Below are positions 43,290 to 56,545 of a stretch of 64,000 nt of DNA, in pieces. Position 1 is the first letter of the stretch. Each line of letters starts with the position of its first letter. Location: the NCBI RefSeq assembly GCF_009914755.1, contig NC_060927.1; one strand, given 5' to 3'. The position numbers and the translations under genes were made by a program. The notes beneath the pieces were generated by a model. It was not told the origin of the DNA and did not search any database. It saw only the letters and a program-made list of their open reading frames with translations. This DNA comes from the human T2T-CHM13v2.0 reference genome, Homo sapiens.

Positions 43290-44817
43290 ACTATAGTAGG
43301 ATTTCTGAAACCATCACAACCCTATTATTGATGGTAGGGTATTTTTTTTTTTTTCAAAAGCATTATTCTACAGTTTCTGGAATGATATTTATCATGAGAG
43401 AAAGTGAATGACTTAACAGAAAATTATGCCTTTTGAGAATGAACAAACTATAAGGAACAACCATTTTCTAAAATTGGAAAGCACTGGGCTGTGACCCCTT
43501 TAAAAAAGAGAAACAAACAAATGAGGTGAGCTCTGCAATTAACTAAGTTTCATGCCTGTAGGTAATCCTGGAATGCAGAAAAAACTATCATCAGAGTTCA
43601 GGGTGTACAAAGAGATTAAATATTTGGGACAGAATGCCTGTGAGAAAGGAGCTAAAAAGAAGGGAAAAAAGTCTTAGAGAAATTCACATAAAGAATCACC
43701 TGAGTCTTTGACTGAATATTCAATTCATGCCTACATAGAGTAAAACACAATGATATTGGATACAAATAATTTTTGAAGCAAGAATAGTGATTGAAGAGAT
43801 GTAAAATGAACAATTCCCAGAGCTCCCACAGAATAGGAAACAATTCAAGCTCCCTCTAGCCAGAGTGCAGATACCTGTGAAACACAAGGAGCATTCAGTA
43901 AAGACCCAAACATGTAATAACTTATGTATAAAGATAAATAGGTATTAGATTAAAGGTTACTCTAGGCCCAACCTAAAACACTTAGAATAAAACCTAAAAA
44001 TGATCAAACTCATACCTAAGTACCTTAACTAATCACCAGAAAGGTCTAACACTTTTCAAAGGAATATAACAAAATTTAGAGAGCAAAACTATCAAGTTAA
44101 TAATGTGTATCAACAATCCAAAAACTGTAAGCATATGAAAAAGTGAAAAAATGTGACCCATTTGTAGGAAAAAAACTCAATCAATAGAAATAGACCCCAA
44201 AATGACAGAGATGAGATTATTAGCAGAAATGTACATTAAAGTGCTGTAATAAATATATTCCATATGCTCAAGGAGGTAAAGGAAAACATGAAGATGATGA
44301 GAAAAATGTAAGATATATATTTAAAAACTAAAAAAATTTACATAAATGAGAAATACAGTATCTGAAAAAGGAAATATTAGACAAGATTGACTGTAGATTA
44401 GATACTGCAAAATAAATTTTCAAAATGCAAAATAAATATTTTGAGAGAAAAGAGAAAAAAAGAAAAAAGGGTGAAAAAATAAAAACTCAATGACTTATGG
44501 GTGAAATCAAATAGTCTAAGATATATGTAAATTGGAGTTTCAGGAGATTCAAATGAGAGAAAACAAAAATATGTAAAGATATAGTGACCAACTTTTTTCA
44601 AAATTGGTAATAACTATAAACTCACAAACCCAAGAAGAGCAAACTCCCTCCCATAAGAAAATAAGCATAAAGAAAGTCAAACCAAATAATATTTTAATCA
44701 CATTGCTAAAAAACAGTGCTGAAGAGAAAATATTTAAAACAGCCAGAAAAAATTGCATCAAGTACAGAGGAACAAAGATAAGAATTACAGCAGAAATCTT
44801 ATTTTAAAAAAACTATG
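43290..44817 (+). mobile_element. Old L1M (L1MB/L1ME-like) 5' region and ORF1, left part of the host element
   Basis: ORF1-like ORF 44604-44807 (EEKIFKTARK...YRGTKIRITAE); broken at AAAAAAACTATG and resumed at about 52765. Confidence 0.7.
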
Positions 44818-46468
44818 GGCCACCACTGCTGCCAATGTGAGCATGCACAGTAATGCTGCTGCCCCACTACCACCATTGCCTCACCCCAGTAGATGTGCAT
44901 GCACCCCACTGTGCTGCTGCAGCTGCTGGCACACAAGAGTGAGCACAGATTCCACAGCCACCACTCCAACAAAGTGCTTTGGCCAGCACTCCCCTTCAGA
45001 GTGTTGTGGCTAGTGAACCAGGAACACCTCAGCACCTCCAGCACAGCAGGTTCCTAACCTCCAGGGGGCAGAAAACAAAACAAGGGACTTAGTACCAGAA
45101 CACCAGAGTTAGAGCTCATAGCCCAGGAGTAGTGAGCTGAGCCTTGTCCCCCCATAATCTTCTAAAAATGAAGCCAGTCAGCTGAACCCACCTTATATCA
45201 CAATCAAACCCCCAAGGGCATCAAAGAAGACAAAAGGGGACAAAAGCATCCACAAGACAGCAACTTAAAAGACTGAAGGAACATCAGCCCACACAGAAAA
45301 GAAAGAATCAGTGAAAGAACTCTGGCAATTCAAAAAGCCAGCAAGTCTTCTTACATTCAAACAACCTCACTAGTTCCCCAGCAATGGCTCCTAACCCATG
45401 CTGAAATGGCTGAAATGACAGACATAGAATTTAGAATATGGATAGGAAAGAAGAACACCAAGACTCAAGAGAAAGTCAAAACTCAATCTAAGGAATACAA
45501 TAAAATGACACCAGAGCTGAAAGAAAAAATGGCCCTTTTAAGAAAGACTCAAACTGATTTGATAGAGCTGAAAAACTCACCATGAATTTCATAACACAAT
45601 TGCTAGTATTAGTGTAGCAGGACGAGCCGCAGACAAAACCTCTCAGACACCGAGTTGTAGAAGGAAGGGCTTTATTCAGCTGGGAGCGTCGGCAAGCTAC
45701 TGCCTTAAAATCCAAGCTCCCCGAGTGCACAATTTCTGTCCCTTTTAAGGGCTCACAACACTAAAGATTTTACATGAAAGGGTCATGATTGATTGAGTAA
45801 TCTAGGGGATACCTGACAGGGGTTTCATGCACTGGTAGTGAGAGAGAAACAGAACAGGGCAGGGAGTTTCACAATGTTCTTCTATACAATGTCTGGAATC
45901 TATGAATAACATCAGTTTCTAAGTTATCAGTTGATTTTTAACTACTGGGTTTAGGCCAGGCAGGCCCAGGCCTGGTTTTGGGCCTGGCGCCGGGCTGCCT
46001 GGCTTTGGTTTTACTTCCTTGTTGTTTTCTTAAAACAGGTACTGAGTATAAAACAATATAAAACAATATGAGAGGGTCTCTCTCTTCCCTCATTAGCAGG
46101 AGAATCAACCAAGCTGAGGAGAGAATTTCAGAGCTCAAAGACTGGTTCTGCAGAATAACTCAGCCAGACGAAAGTAAAGAAAAAGGAATGAAGAAGAATG
46201 AATGGAATCTCTGAGAAATATGGAATTATGTAAAGAAACCAATTTGATGACTCACTGACATTCCTGAAACAGATGGAGAGAAAGAAAGCAACTTGGAAAA
46301 TATATTTGAGGACATCATCCATTAAAATTCTCCCAACCTTGCTAGAAAGCCAACATTCAAATTCAGGAAATGCAGAGAACCCCTGTAAGATACTATACAA
46401 GATGATAATCCTCAACACACATAGTCATCAGATTCTCCATGGTCGAAATGAAAGAAAAAATGTTAGGA
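44818..46468 (+). mobile_element. L1PA15/16-like 5' UTR and ORF1 N-terminal part
   Basis: GC-rich 5' UTR, then AAGAACTCTGGCAATTCAAAAAGCCAG and ORF1 coiled-coil/RRM-like sequence, cut off at about 46468. Confidence 0.75.
45613..46092 (-). mobile_element. ERV1 solo LTR, LTR2B-like (HERV-E group)
   Basis: Minus strand TGAGGGAAGAGAGAGACCCTCTCATATTG ... CTGCGGCTCGTCCTGCTACA; exact 4-bp TSD TTAG; AATAAA on the minus strand near 45670. Confidence 0.85.
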
Positions 46469-49400
46469 GACCTTGGGCCTTAAGGGAACATTAGTGGTAG
46501 TCTGTCAGTATTCCTCTTGGTCAGGGGTGGCTGTGGCTACGGGGTGAGCCTCCTTTGCCTTGAGAAAGAGAGAGGAAGAGAGGATAAATTGCTAGAAGCA
46601 ATTATCTAAGAAATGTGACTCTAGTCTCTGACTCCCAGACCACTCTCCTGGAGCCAGCCAGGGCCTAGGGGGCCTCACCATCCTAAGAGGAAGGACGCAA
46701 ACTTGGCTGACTTTGCCACATACTGATTGCAGGGCCTTGAGGAACATAGGCAATAGCCAGGGGACTGGTTACAGTAGGCCTTGTGCAAGACCCAGTGCTA
46801 TGATGGCTTCAAGTTTGACTCAGTAAAATAATAGTGGTGGCCACAAGGCTTTTTGTGTCACTCTATCTCCAGCTTTAGGTGGCTCAGAACAAAGACAGGC
46901 ACTCTGTATGTTTGGGAAAATATAGGGAAAGAGAACAAGAGTCTTTGTCTGGTAACCCAGATTATTCTGCAGGGTATTGTCCAAGAGCATCAAGGCAGTT
47001 TCTCTATGAGTTTGCAAAAACCACAGCATTGCTTGCTTGGATTGTCCCCTAAAACAGAAACAGCTTAGGTCACAACATCCAAGTCCTTTCAAATAAATGA
47101 AAAGCCTTCCCTAGAAGGACAGCTACAAAGAAGCCCAGATAATGAAGACTACAACTAATATCTAACTCTTTAATGCCCAGACAGCAAAGAACATCTACTA
47201 GCATCAACACCATTCAGGAAAATATGACCTCACCAAATGAACTAAATAAGGCACTGGGGACCAATCCGGAGAAACAGAGATATGTGACCTTTCAGACAGA
47301 GAATTCAAAAGAGCTGTGTTGAATATGAGAGTGATCTGGCTGTGACATCTGTCACCCCATTGATGTCCAGAATTGATTCACCTGATCTGGCTGGCTAGGC
47401 AGGTGTCCCCTTACTCCCTCACTGCTCCATGTACATCCTTCCCAAAGCTGGGTGGTTGGTCAAAGAAGACGACAATCTCCAATAGAGGAGGACCTGTCTT
47501 TGGACAAGGGTATATCAGTAGCTGCATTCCCCTGCTAGAACCTCCAAACAAGCTCTCAAAATAGCTGTGTTGAGGAAACTCAAGAGAATTCCAGATAACA
47601 CACGGAAGGAATTCAAAATTCTATCAGATAAATTTAACAAACAGATTGAAATATTTAAAAAGAATCAAGCAGAAATTCTTGAGCTGAAAAATGCAATTTG
47701 CATAATAAAGAACATATCAGTGTCCTTTAATACCAAAATGGATCAAGCAGAAGAAAGAATTAGTGAGTTTGAAGACAGGCTATTTGAAAATACACAGTCA
47801 GAGGATTAAAAAAAGGAAGGAAAAAGATGAAGCATGCCTACAGGACATAGAAAATAACTCTAAGAGGCAAATCTAAGAGTTATCAGCCTGAAAGAAAAAC
47901 TAGAGAAAGAGATAGGGGTAGTAATTTTATTTAAAGAGATAATAACAGAAAACTTTCCAAACCTAGAGAAAGCTATTAATATCCAAGCGCCAAAAGGTTA
48001 CAGAACACCAAGCAGATTTAATCCAAATGATGCTCTCTCAAAGCATTTAATAATTAAACTCCCAAAGGTCAAGGATAAAGAAAGAATCCTATAAGCAGCA
48101 AGAGAAAAGAAATGAATAACATAAAATGCAGCTTCAATACATCTGGCAGCAGACTTTTCAGTGGAAACCTTGCTGGCCAGGAAAGAGTGGCATGACATAT
48201 TTAAAGTGCTGAAGGAAAATAACCTTCAGCTTAGAATAGTATATCTGGCTGAAAATATCCTTCAAACATGAAGGAGAAATACTTTCCCTGACAAACAAAA
48301 GCTGAGGGATTTCATCAATACCAGACCCATCCTACAAGAAATGCTAAAGGGAGTACTTCTCCAAAAAGAAAAGGGCATTAATGAGTGATAAATAATCACC
48401 TGAAGGTACAAAACTTACTGGTAATAGTAAGTATATAGAAAAACACAGAATATTATCATCACACTGTAACTGTGGTGTATGAATTACTTTTGTCCTAAAC
48501 AGAAAGACTATATGATGAACTAATTAAAAAAAATAACTGCAACAACTTTTCAAGACATAGACAGTAAAATAGAAATGGAAACAACAAAAAGTTAAAAAGT
48601 AGGAGGATAAAGTTAAGGAGAGTTTTTATTACTTTTATTTCTGCTTGTTTATTTGTCTATGCAAATAGTGTTGTTTTCAGGGTAAAATGATGGGTTATAA
48701 GATAGTGTTTGCAACCTCATGGTAACCTCAGACCTAAAAACATACATTGGATACACAGAAAATAAAAAGCCAGAAACTAAATAATATCACCAGAGAAAAT
48801 TGTCTTCACTAGAGGAAGACAGGAATAAATGAAAGAAGGAAGATAATACTACAAAACAACTGGAAGACAAATAGGAAAATGCCAGGAGTAAGTCCTTTTT
48901 TATCAATAATAACCTTAAGTGTAAAGGATTAAACTCTTCAATGAAAAGACAGACTGGGTAAATGGATAAAAAAGCAAGACCCATTGAAAGACTTCACTTA
49001 CTAAGAAGCACAAAGACTGAAAAAGTGATGGAAAAACATATTCCATGCAGATAGAAACAAAAAAAGAGCAGGAGTAGCTATGCTTACATCAGAAAAATTA
49101 GATTTCAAAACAAAAACTGTAAGAAGAGACAAAGAAGGTCACTATATAATGATAAAGAGGTCGATTCAGCAAAAGCATTGAACAATTTTAAATATCCATG
49201 CACCCAACACTGGAGCACTCAGATATATAAAGGAAATATTCTTAGAGCTAAAGATGCAGATAGCCCCAGTACAATACTAGCTGAAGACTTCAACATTTTA
49301 CTTTCAGCATTGTACAGATTTTTCACACAGAAAATCAAGAAAGAGGCATCAGACTTATTCTGCAATGTAGAACTAATGTATCTAATAGATTATGTACAGA

Positions 49401-51395
49401 ATATTTCATTCAAGAACTGCAGAATACACATTCTTTTCCTTAGCGCATGGATCATTTTCAAAGATAGACCATATGTTAGGTTAAAACAAGTCTTAAAACA
49501 CTCAAAAAATTGAAATGTTAATAATATCAAGCATCTTCTCGGACCACAATTGAACAAAACTAGAAATTAATAACAAAAGGAATTTTGGAAATTCCTCTTG
49601 GTATTAATTACACAAATTACACAAATACATGAAAATTAAACATGCAACTGAATGATCAGTGGGTCAATAAAGAAATTAAGCAGAAAACTGAAAAACTTCC
49701 TGAAACAAATGATAATGGAAATACAGTACATCAAACCTATGGGATACAGCAAAAGCAGTACTCAGAGGGAAATTTATAGCTGTAAGTGTCTATATCAAAA
49801 AAGAGAAAAACCTTCAAATTAAAAAATTTAACAATACATCTGAAAGAATCAGAAAAGCAACAGCAAACCAAACCCAAAATCCATAGAAGAAAAGAAATAA
49901 TAAAGATCAGAGCAGAAATAAATGAAATTGAAATAAAAAAATACAAAAGATCAATGAAACAAGTTGTTTTTTGAAAAGTTAAACAAAATTGCCAAAACTC
50001 TAGCCAGACTAAAAAAAATAGAAGATCTAAATAAATAAAATCATAAATGAAAGGGAAGACATTACAACTGATACTGCAGAAATTCAAAGGATCATTATTG
50101 GCTACCATTAGCAAGTATATGCCACTAAATTGGAAAATCTAGAAGACATGGACAAATTCCTAGATACATACAACTTACCAAGATTGAGCCAGAAAGAAAT
50201 CCAAAACCTGAACAGGCCAATAACAATTAATGAGATAGAAAATGTAAATAAAAATTCTCCTGGTAAGGAAAAGCCCGTGACCTGATTGCTTCACTGCTGA
50301 ATTCTACCAAATATTTAAAGAAGAACTAGTAATAACTAATCCTACTTAAACTATTCTGAAAATAGAAGAAATACTTCCAAACTCATTTTATGAGGCCAGT
50401 ATTACACTGATACCAAAACAAGACAAAGGCACATCCAAAAAAACAAACAAACAAAACAAAAAAAACTGACCAATATCTCATAAATATTGATGCAAAAATT
50501 CTCAACAAAATACAAGTCAACCAAATTCAACAATATATTAGAAAGATTATTCACCATGACCAAGTGGGATTTATCCCTGTGATGCAGGGATGGTTCAACA
50601 TACATAAATCAATCAACATGACACATCATGTAAACAGAATAAAGGATAAAACCCATACAATCATTTTGAATGATGCTGAGAAAGCATTTGATAAAATTCA
50701 GCATCCCTTCATGATAAAAATCCTTGAAAATGTGGGTATAAAAGGAACATATCTCAACATAACAACAGCCATATACTTCAGACCCATAGCTAGTATCACA
50801 CTGAGTGGGGGGGAAAAAAAAACCCGAAAGCCTTTCCTCTAAGAACTGGAACACAACAAGGATGCCCACTGCCACTATTGCTATTCAATGTAGCACTGGC
50901 AGTGCAAGCTAGAGCATCAGACAAGGGAAAGGTATAAAAGGCATCCATACTGGAAAAGAAGTCAAATTATTCTTATTTGCTGATGATATGATCTCATATT
51001 TAGAAAAACCTAGATTTCACAAGAAAACTAATAGAACTGGTAAAAAAAAAAAAAAAAAAAAGCTCAGCAAATTTGCAGGATAAAAAATCAATATACAAAA
51101 ATCACTAGCATTTCTATATGCCAACAGTGAACAATGTGCAACAGAAATTTAAAAAGTAATCCCATTTATAATATCCAAATATAGAATTTGATACCTAGAA
51201 ATTAACCAAAGAAGTGGAAGATTTTTATAATGAAAACTATAAAACACTCATGAAGGAAATTCAAGAGGACACCAAGAAATGGGAAAATATGTTTATGATT
51301 GAAAGAATCAATATTGTTAAAATGTCCATACTACCCAAAACAATATACAGATTCAATGCAATCCCTATAAAAATACCAATAACAGTCTTCACAGA
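46469..51395 (+). mobile_element. L1MA1-3/L1M1-like segment: partial 5' UTR, ORF1, spacer, most of ORF2 (decayed)
   Basis: ORF1 start ATGCCCAGACAGC... near 47173, ORF 47567-47809 (coiled coil), spacer homologous to positions 1-360, RT peptide [17 protein letters not shown] (50564-50842). Confidence 0.85.
47321..47559 (+). pseudogene. RN7SK: 7SK snRNA retropseudogene, 3'-truncated (about nt 1-239), no poly(A) tail
   Basis: GATCTGGCTGTGACATCTGTCACCCCATTGAT...TGATCTGGCTGGCTAGGC...CCCCTGCTAGAACCTCCAAACAAGCTCTCAA is colinear with 7SK; TSD AAAA(G/T)AGCTGTGTT. The symbol names the parent gene. Confidence 0.96.
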
Positions 51396-51399
51396 TGCA

Positions 51400-52762
51400 T
51401 AGACAACTATAACACGATAGCCCCGAAATAAAACTGCACACCTACAACCAACTGATATTTGACAAAGTTGATGAAAACAAACAATGGGGAAAGGACTCCC
51501 TATTCAATAAATAGTGCTGGGATAACTGCCTAGGGATTTGAGAAGATTGAAAATGGTACCCATCCTTATATCACATAAAAAATCAACTCAAGATAGATTA
51601 AATAATTAAATGTAAAACCTAAAACTATAAATATCCTGGAAGATAACCTAGGAAATACTATTCTGGACATGATGGGCCCTGGCAAAGATTTCATGAGAAA
51701 GACACTAAAAGCAATTGCAACATAAATGAAAATTGACAAATAGGACCAAATTAAACTAATGGGCAAAAGAAACTATTAAGAGAGTAAACAGACAACCTAC
51801 AGAATGGGCAAAAATATTTGCCAACTGTACATCGGACAAAGGTCTAATATTCAGAATCTATAAGGAACTTAAACAAATTTACAAGTAAAATCAAACAACT
51901 CATTTAAAATGTAAGCAAAAGACAGGAAGAGATGCTCTTCAAAAGAAGACATACACATGGCCAACAAGCATATGAAGAAATGTTCAACATCACTAATCAC
52001 TAGAGAAATACAAGTCATATCTACAATAAGATACCATTTCACACCAGTCAGCATGGCTATTATTAAAAAGAAAAAATGCCAGATGCTGGCGAGGTTGTGG
52101 AGAAAAGGGAATGCTTATACACTGCTGCTAGGAACCTAATAGTTCAGCCACTGTGGAAAGCCATCTGGCAATTTCTTAAAGAACTTAAAAACAGAAATAC
52201 CATTCAACCCAGCAATCCCATTATTAAGTATATACTCAGAGGAATAAGTTCTACCAAAAATTGTTCTCGTATGTTCATCACAGCACTATTTACAATAGCA
52301 AAGACATGGAATCAACCTAGATGCCCATCAATGGTAGACTGGATGAAGAAAATGTGGTACATATACACTATGGGACGTTACACAGCCATAAGAAAGAATG
52401 AGAACATGTCCTTTGCAGCAACATGAAAGGATCTGGAGGTCATTATCTTAATTGAACTAACACAGGAACAGAAAACCAAATACCACATATTCTCACTTAT
52501 AAGTGGAAGCTAAACGTTGAGTACACATGGACGCAAAGAAGGGAACAACAGACACTAGGATCTGCTTGAGGTGGAAGGTGGGAGGAATTTAAGGATTGAA
52601 AAACTACCTATCAGGTAACTATGCTTATTACCTGGGTGACAAAATAATCTGTATAGCAAATTCCCAAGACATGCAATATGACTACATAACAAACTTACAC
52701 ATGTACCCCTGAATCTAAAATAAAAGTGAAAAAAATAAAAAGTTAAAAATTAAAAAGTAAAA
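51400..52762 (+). mobile_element. L1PA15/16-like ORF2 C-terminus, 3' UTR and A-rich tail
   Basis: GGGGAAAGGACTCCCTATTCAATAAA; ORF 52076-52426 (IAKTWNQPRCPSMVDWMKKMWYIYTM); 3' UTR GAAAAACTACCTATCAGG...CATGTACCCCTGAATCTAAAATAAAAG. Confidence 0.85.
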
Positions 52763-52943
52763 ATTAACTATGCAAGCCAGAGACAGAGAAATACTGAGAA
52801 AGTACTGTAGGAAAAAATGCTGTCAACTTAGAATTCTACACAGAGCAAAAATATCTTTCAAAAAATGAAGTTGGAATAAAGACAGATTTAGATAAACAAA
52901 AGCTGAGATCATTCACTGCTGGCAATCTCATTCTAGCAGAAAT

Positions 52944-53065
52944 TTATATATATATATAAATACATATATATAGTAGTATATATATATATATAGCTCTAGT
53001 AGAGTTTTACATATATACATATAAATGTGTGTGTATACACATACACACACACATATATGTGTGTG
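52944..53065. repeat. (TA)/(CA)/(TG) low-complexity tract, probably derived from an Alu tail
   Basis: Abuts the T-tail of the minus-strand AluJ. Confidence 0.85.
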
Positions 53066-53355
53066 TTTTTTTGACACAGGGTCTTGCTCTGTTGCTCATG
53101 CTGGAGTGTAATGGCATGATCATAGCTCACTGTAAACTCGAACTCCTGAACTCAAGCTATCCTCCTACTTTTGTCTCCTTGGTAACTAGGACTATAGGCA
53201 TAAGACACCATATCCAGCTAAAATTTTCATGTTTTGTAGAGACAGGGTCTTGATATATTGTCCAGTTTGGTCTCAAACCCCTGGCCTCAACCAATCCTCC
53301 CACCTCAGCCTCCCAAACTGCTGGGATTTACAGGCATGAGACACTACACCAGGCC
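53066..53355 (-). mobile_element. AluJ
   Basis: GACACAGGGTCTTGCTCTGTTG...GATCATAGCTCACTG...TACAGGCATGAGACACTACACCAGGCC. Confidence 0.92.
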
Positions 53356-53843
53356 TAGAAGAAATATTAAAGGAAGTTCTCAGCAGAGGAAAAATGATAA
53401 CAGATGCAAATGTTGATCTGCACAAATTAATGAAGAGCATTTGGAGATGGTGCACATGTGGTTAAGCACAAAAGACAGTTTTCTCAAATTTTATCTTCTT
53501 AAAAGTTTAAAAATCACATTAAGCAATAATTGCATTAAAATTCCGAGTAATAGTTGAAAATTCCTGGAATAAATAAGAAAGCAAGACCAAACTATATGCT
53601 GTCTTAAAAATATTTTTAGCAACAAATATATGGATAAAATAATAGGAAGGTACAGATACAGTGTTCGAACATTAAACCAAAGAAAACTGAAGTTGCCATG
53701 TTAGTATCAGACAATATAAAGTATAAGAAATTATGAAGAAGCCATTTGATAATAACAAAGAAGTCAATTCATCAAGAAGACATTAAAAACCTAAATATGT
53801 ATACATCTAAGAGCCTCAAAATACATTTCAAACACTGAATTTA

Positions 53844-54130
53844 GGCTGGGTGTTGTGGCTTATACCTATAATGCCAGCACTTTGGGAGGGTGTGGCAGGA
53901 TTGCTTGAGACCAGAAGTTTGAGACTAATCTGGGTAACATAGTAAGATCCTATCCTCAGAAAACAATATAAAAAGTATCTGTGTGTGGTGGTACACACCT
54001 GTAGTCCTAGCACTCAAGATGTTGAGGCAGAAGAGTCCTCTGAGTCAAAAAGTTTGAGGTTACAGTGAGCTATGATCATGCCACGGCACTCCAGCCTGGG
54101 TAGCAGAGTGAGACCTTGTCTCTAATAAAA
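53844..54130 (+). mobile_element. AluJ
   Basis: GCAGGATTGCTTGAGACCAGAAGTTTGAG...CAGTGAGCTATGATCATGCCAC (J diagnostics). Confidence 0.92.
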
Positions 54131-54792
54131 CACAATTGACTTTAAAGAAAAAATTGATAAGTTTAAATTAAATTTGGAAATTTCAACACTTCTTTTCAAT
54201 AAATTAGAGAATAGGTAAATTATACTCAACACGCAGCAATATATTGAAAGGATATCCTATCAATAAATGTAGAAAGAACACTGACAAAATGCAACACCCT
54301 TTCTTGATATTTAAAAAAAAATTATCACCAATGGTGTAGAAGGGAACCAGCTCAACCTATCTCTTTGATAAAAGGCTTCTACCAAAACAAACAAACAATT
54401 ACAGCTAGTATCATGTTGTTAGTGGTAAAAAACAAACAAACAAACAAAACAGAAACTAAATGACTTCATCTTAATATCAGGATGAAGGGAAGAATGTCTT
54501 CCACCACTTCTATTCCAGTAATAGCTACTGCAATAAATTGAGAAAAAGGAGTAGGAGAAAAACATATTGGAAGTAAAATCTTTTGTATCCAAAAATGTTA
54601 TGGTTTTTGTTGTTGTATAGCATAAGGTATATCCAAAAATCTGCTAGAACCAGAGAGTGATTTTAATAAACTCATAGTATACAAGGTCAATAAACAAAAT
54701 TTAAGTGTATATCAGCGTAATCCCAATAGATTATAATTAAGAAACCAATATCATTTACAATAGCATCAAAACACAAAATACTCAAGATTAAT

Positions 54793-54866
54793 AAGATTAA
54801 TTTAATAAAATATGTGTAAGATTAATTTAATAAAATATGTGTAATTTAATTTAATAAAATATGTGT
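54793..54866 (+). repeat. 25-bp tandem repeat x3 inside L1
   Basis: AAGATTAATTTAATAAAATATGTGT twice plus one variant copy. Confidence 0.92.
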
Positions 54867-56344
54867 AAGACATGTACGCTAAAACTATATACTTTGCTCA
54901 GATAAATTAAAGACCTAAATAAATGGAGAATACAATATGTTAATGGATCCGAACACTCGATATTGTTAAGCCAGTAATTCTTCCCATATTTATCTGCATA
55001 TTCAATGCAATCCCAATCAAAATCTCAGTAGGCTTTTTGTACAAGCTGATAAGCTGATTCCCATATTTATTTAAAAATATGAATGCTCCCAGGTAGCCAA
55101 AAAAATGGTGAAACACTGAGAGACTTGTACTACTTTATTATGAGACTTAATCTAAAGCTATAGTTGTCAAGCCAGTGTTCTATCTGAGGAAAGATAAACT
55201 TACAGATCAGTTTAACAAAATAGAGTTCTCTTCAACTTCTACTGTCAAAAGAAGTTGAACAAAGGCTAGGAGGCACATAAAATGATGCCTATTGTTGTTA
55301 AGCGTTATGAAAATGCAAAGCAAAACTTCAGTGTGATAGCACTACACATCCAGTAGAATGGGTAAAGTGACGGACAATACCAAATGTTACTAAAGATGTA
55401 GAGAACTGGAACCCTAAAACAGTACTCTAAGGAATGCAAAATCCTACAGCCACTTTGAACAACGGTTGGGAAGTTTTTTATAAAATTAACTATATAGTAC
55501 TATTTAACTCAGAAATTCCACTCATGGGTATTTAATCAAGAAAAATGAAATCACATGCCCTCAGAAAGACTTATATTCAATTGTTTAAAGCAGCTTTACT
55601 CAAGATAGCCAAAACCTGAAAACAAATGAAATGTACATCAACAAGTAAATGAACAGAAAAATTATGGTACATCCAAACTTAGCAATAAAAAGGAACCAAC
55701 AATTGATGCCTGCATCAACACAGATGATTAACATAATCATTATGTTAAGTGAGAGAAACCAGAATCAAAGGGCTACATACTGTATGATTCCATTTATGTG
55801 ACATTCTGGAAAAGACAAAACCTTAACGTTGCCAAATGCTGAAATTGGGGATAAAGAATGCCGAAAAAAGAGGCATGAGTTATCACTGAATCTTGATTGT
55901 GGTAGTATTTATACTATTGTGTATATACATCAAAAGTCATCATATCATACAGGTAAAATGGGTAAATTTTATTGTATGGAAATTATACCTGAAGTTGATT
56001 TTAAAATTATAGAATAACATATTCAGATTTCTTATTTTACTTTTTAGCAAAAATGCATGATGTGACAGAAAGAATAATGTGTTCACAGCCAGAGAGGGAA
56101 AGAGGAGACTATGATAGAAAGTGGAATGACAATTAATGGAGACAAATCCCTTCTATATGTAAGACACTTATGAGATTTTTATGTGTTTTTTATTTTTTTT
56201 TATAAATGAAGAAAGAATTGCCAGCTTTTGACTTAATTTAAATAAAACAATTTAGTCAGTAAAGTGTTTGAGCAAAAGATCTGATGTGTTTCTAAAATTT
56301 GTATTCTGGCCAGTATCCCCATGCTGTTTCTCTCACCCTGCAGA

Positions 56345-56545
56345 ATAGACTTCCGGACCCAGATCTAACTCTTACTCTCTGTGCAAATTTTTACGTGTTA
56401 CATAATCTCCCTAAACCTATTTTATTTCCTGTACAATGAAGTCAAGATTTACTAAATTTACAAGATGGTTGTAAGAAGCAAATAAATCCATGTGTGTGGT
56501 AGTACTTTATAACCATAAGGTATTAAACAATGTAATTGCTATTTT
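56345..56545 (+). mobile_element. MIR
   Basis: TTACATAATCTCCCTAAACCTATTTTATTTCCTGTACAATG...GGTTGTAAG. Confidence 0.55.

Larger units (their letters stand above)
52765..56005 (+). mobile_element. Right part of the old L1M host element (ORF1 end, deleted ORF2, L1MB/ME-like 3' end)
   Basis: AACTATGCAAGCCAGAG...AGAATTCTACACAGAGCAAAAATATCTTTCAAAAAATGAAG continues ORF1 from 44817; 3' motif TGTATGATTCCATTTATGTGACATTCTGGAAAAG. Confidence 0.75.

Noticed and set aside
47321-47559. Functional 7SK gene
   Set aside because: It is 3'-truncated, CpG-decayed, flanked by a TSD and embedded in L1 ORF1 without an upstream PSE/TATA promoter.
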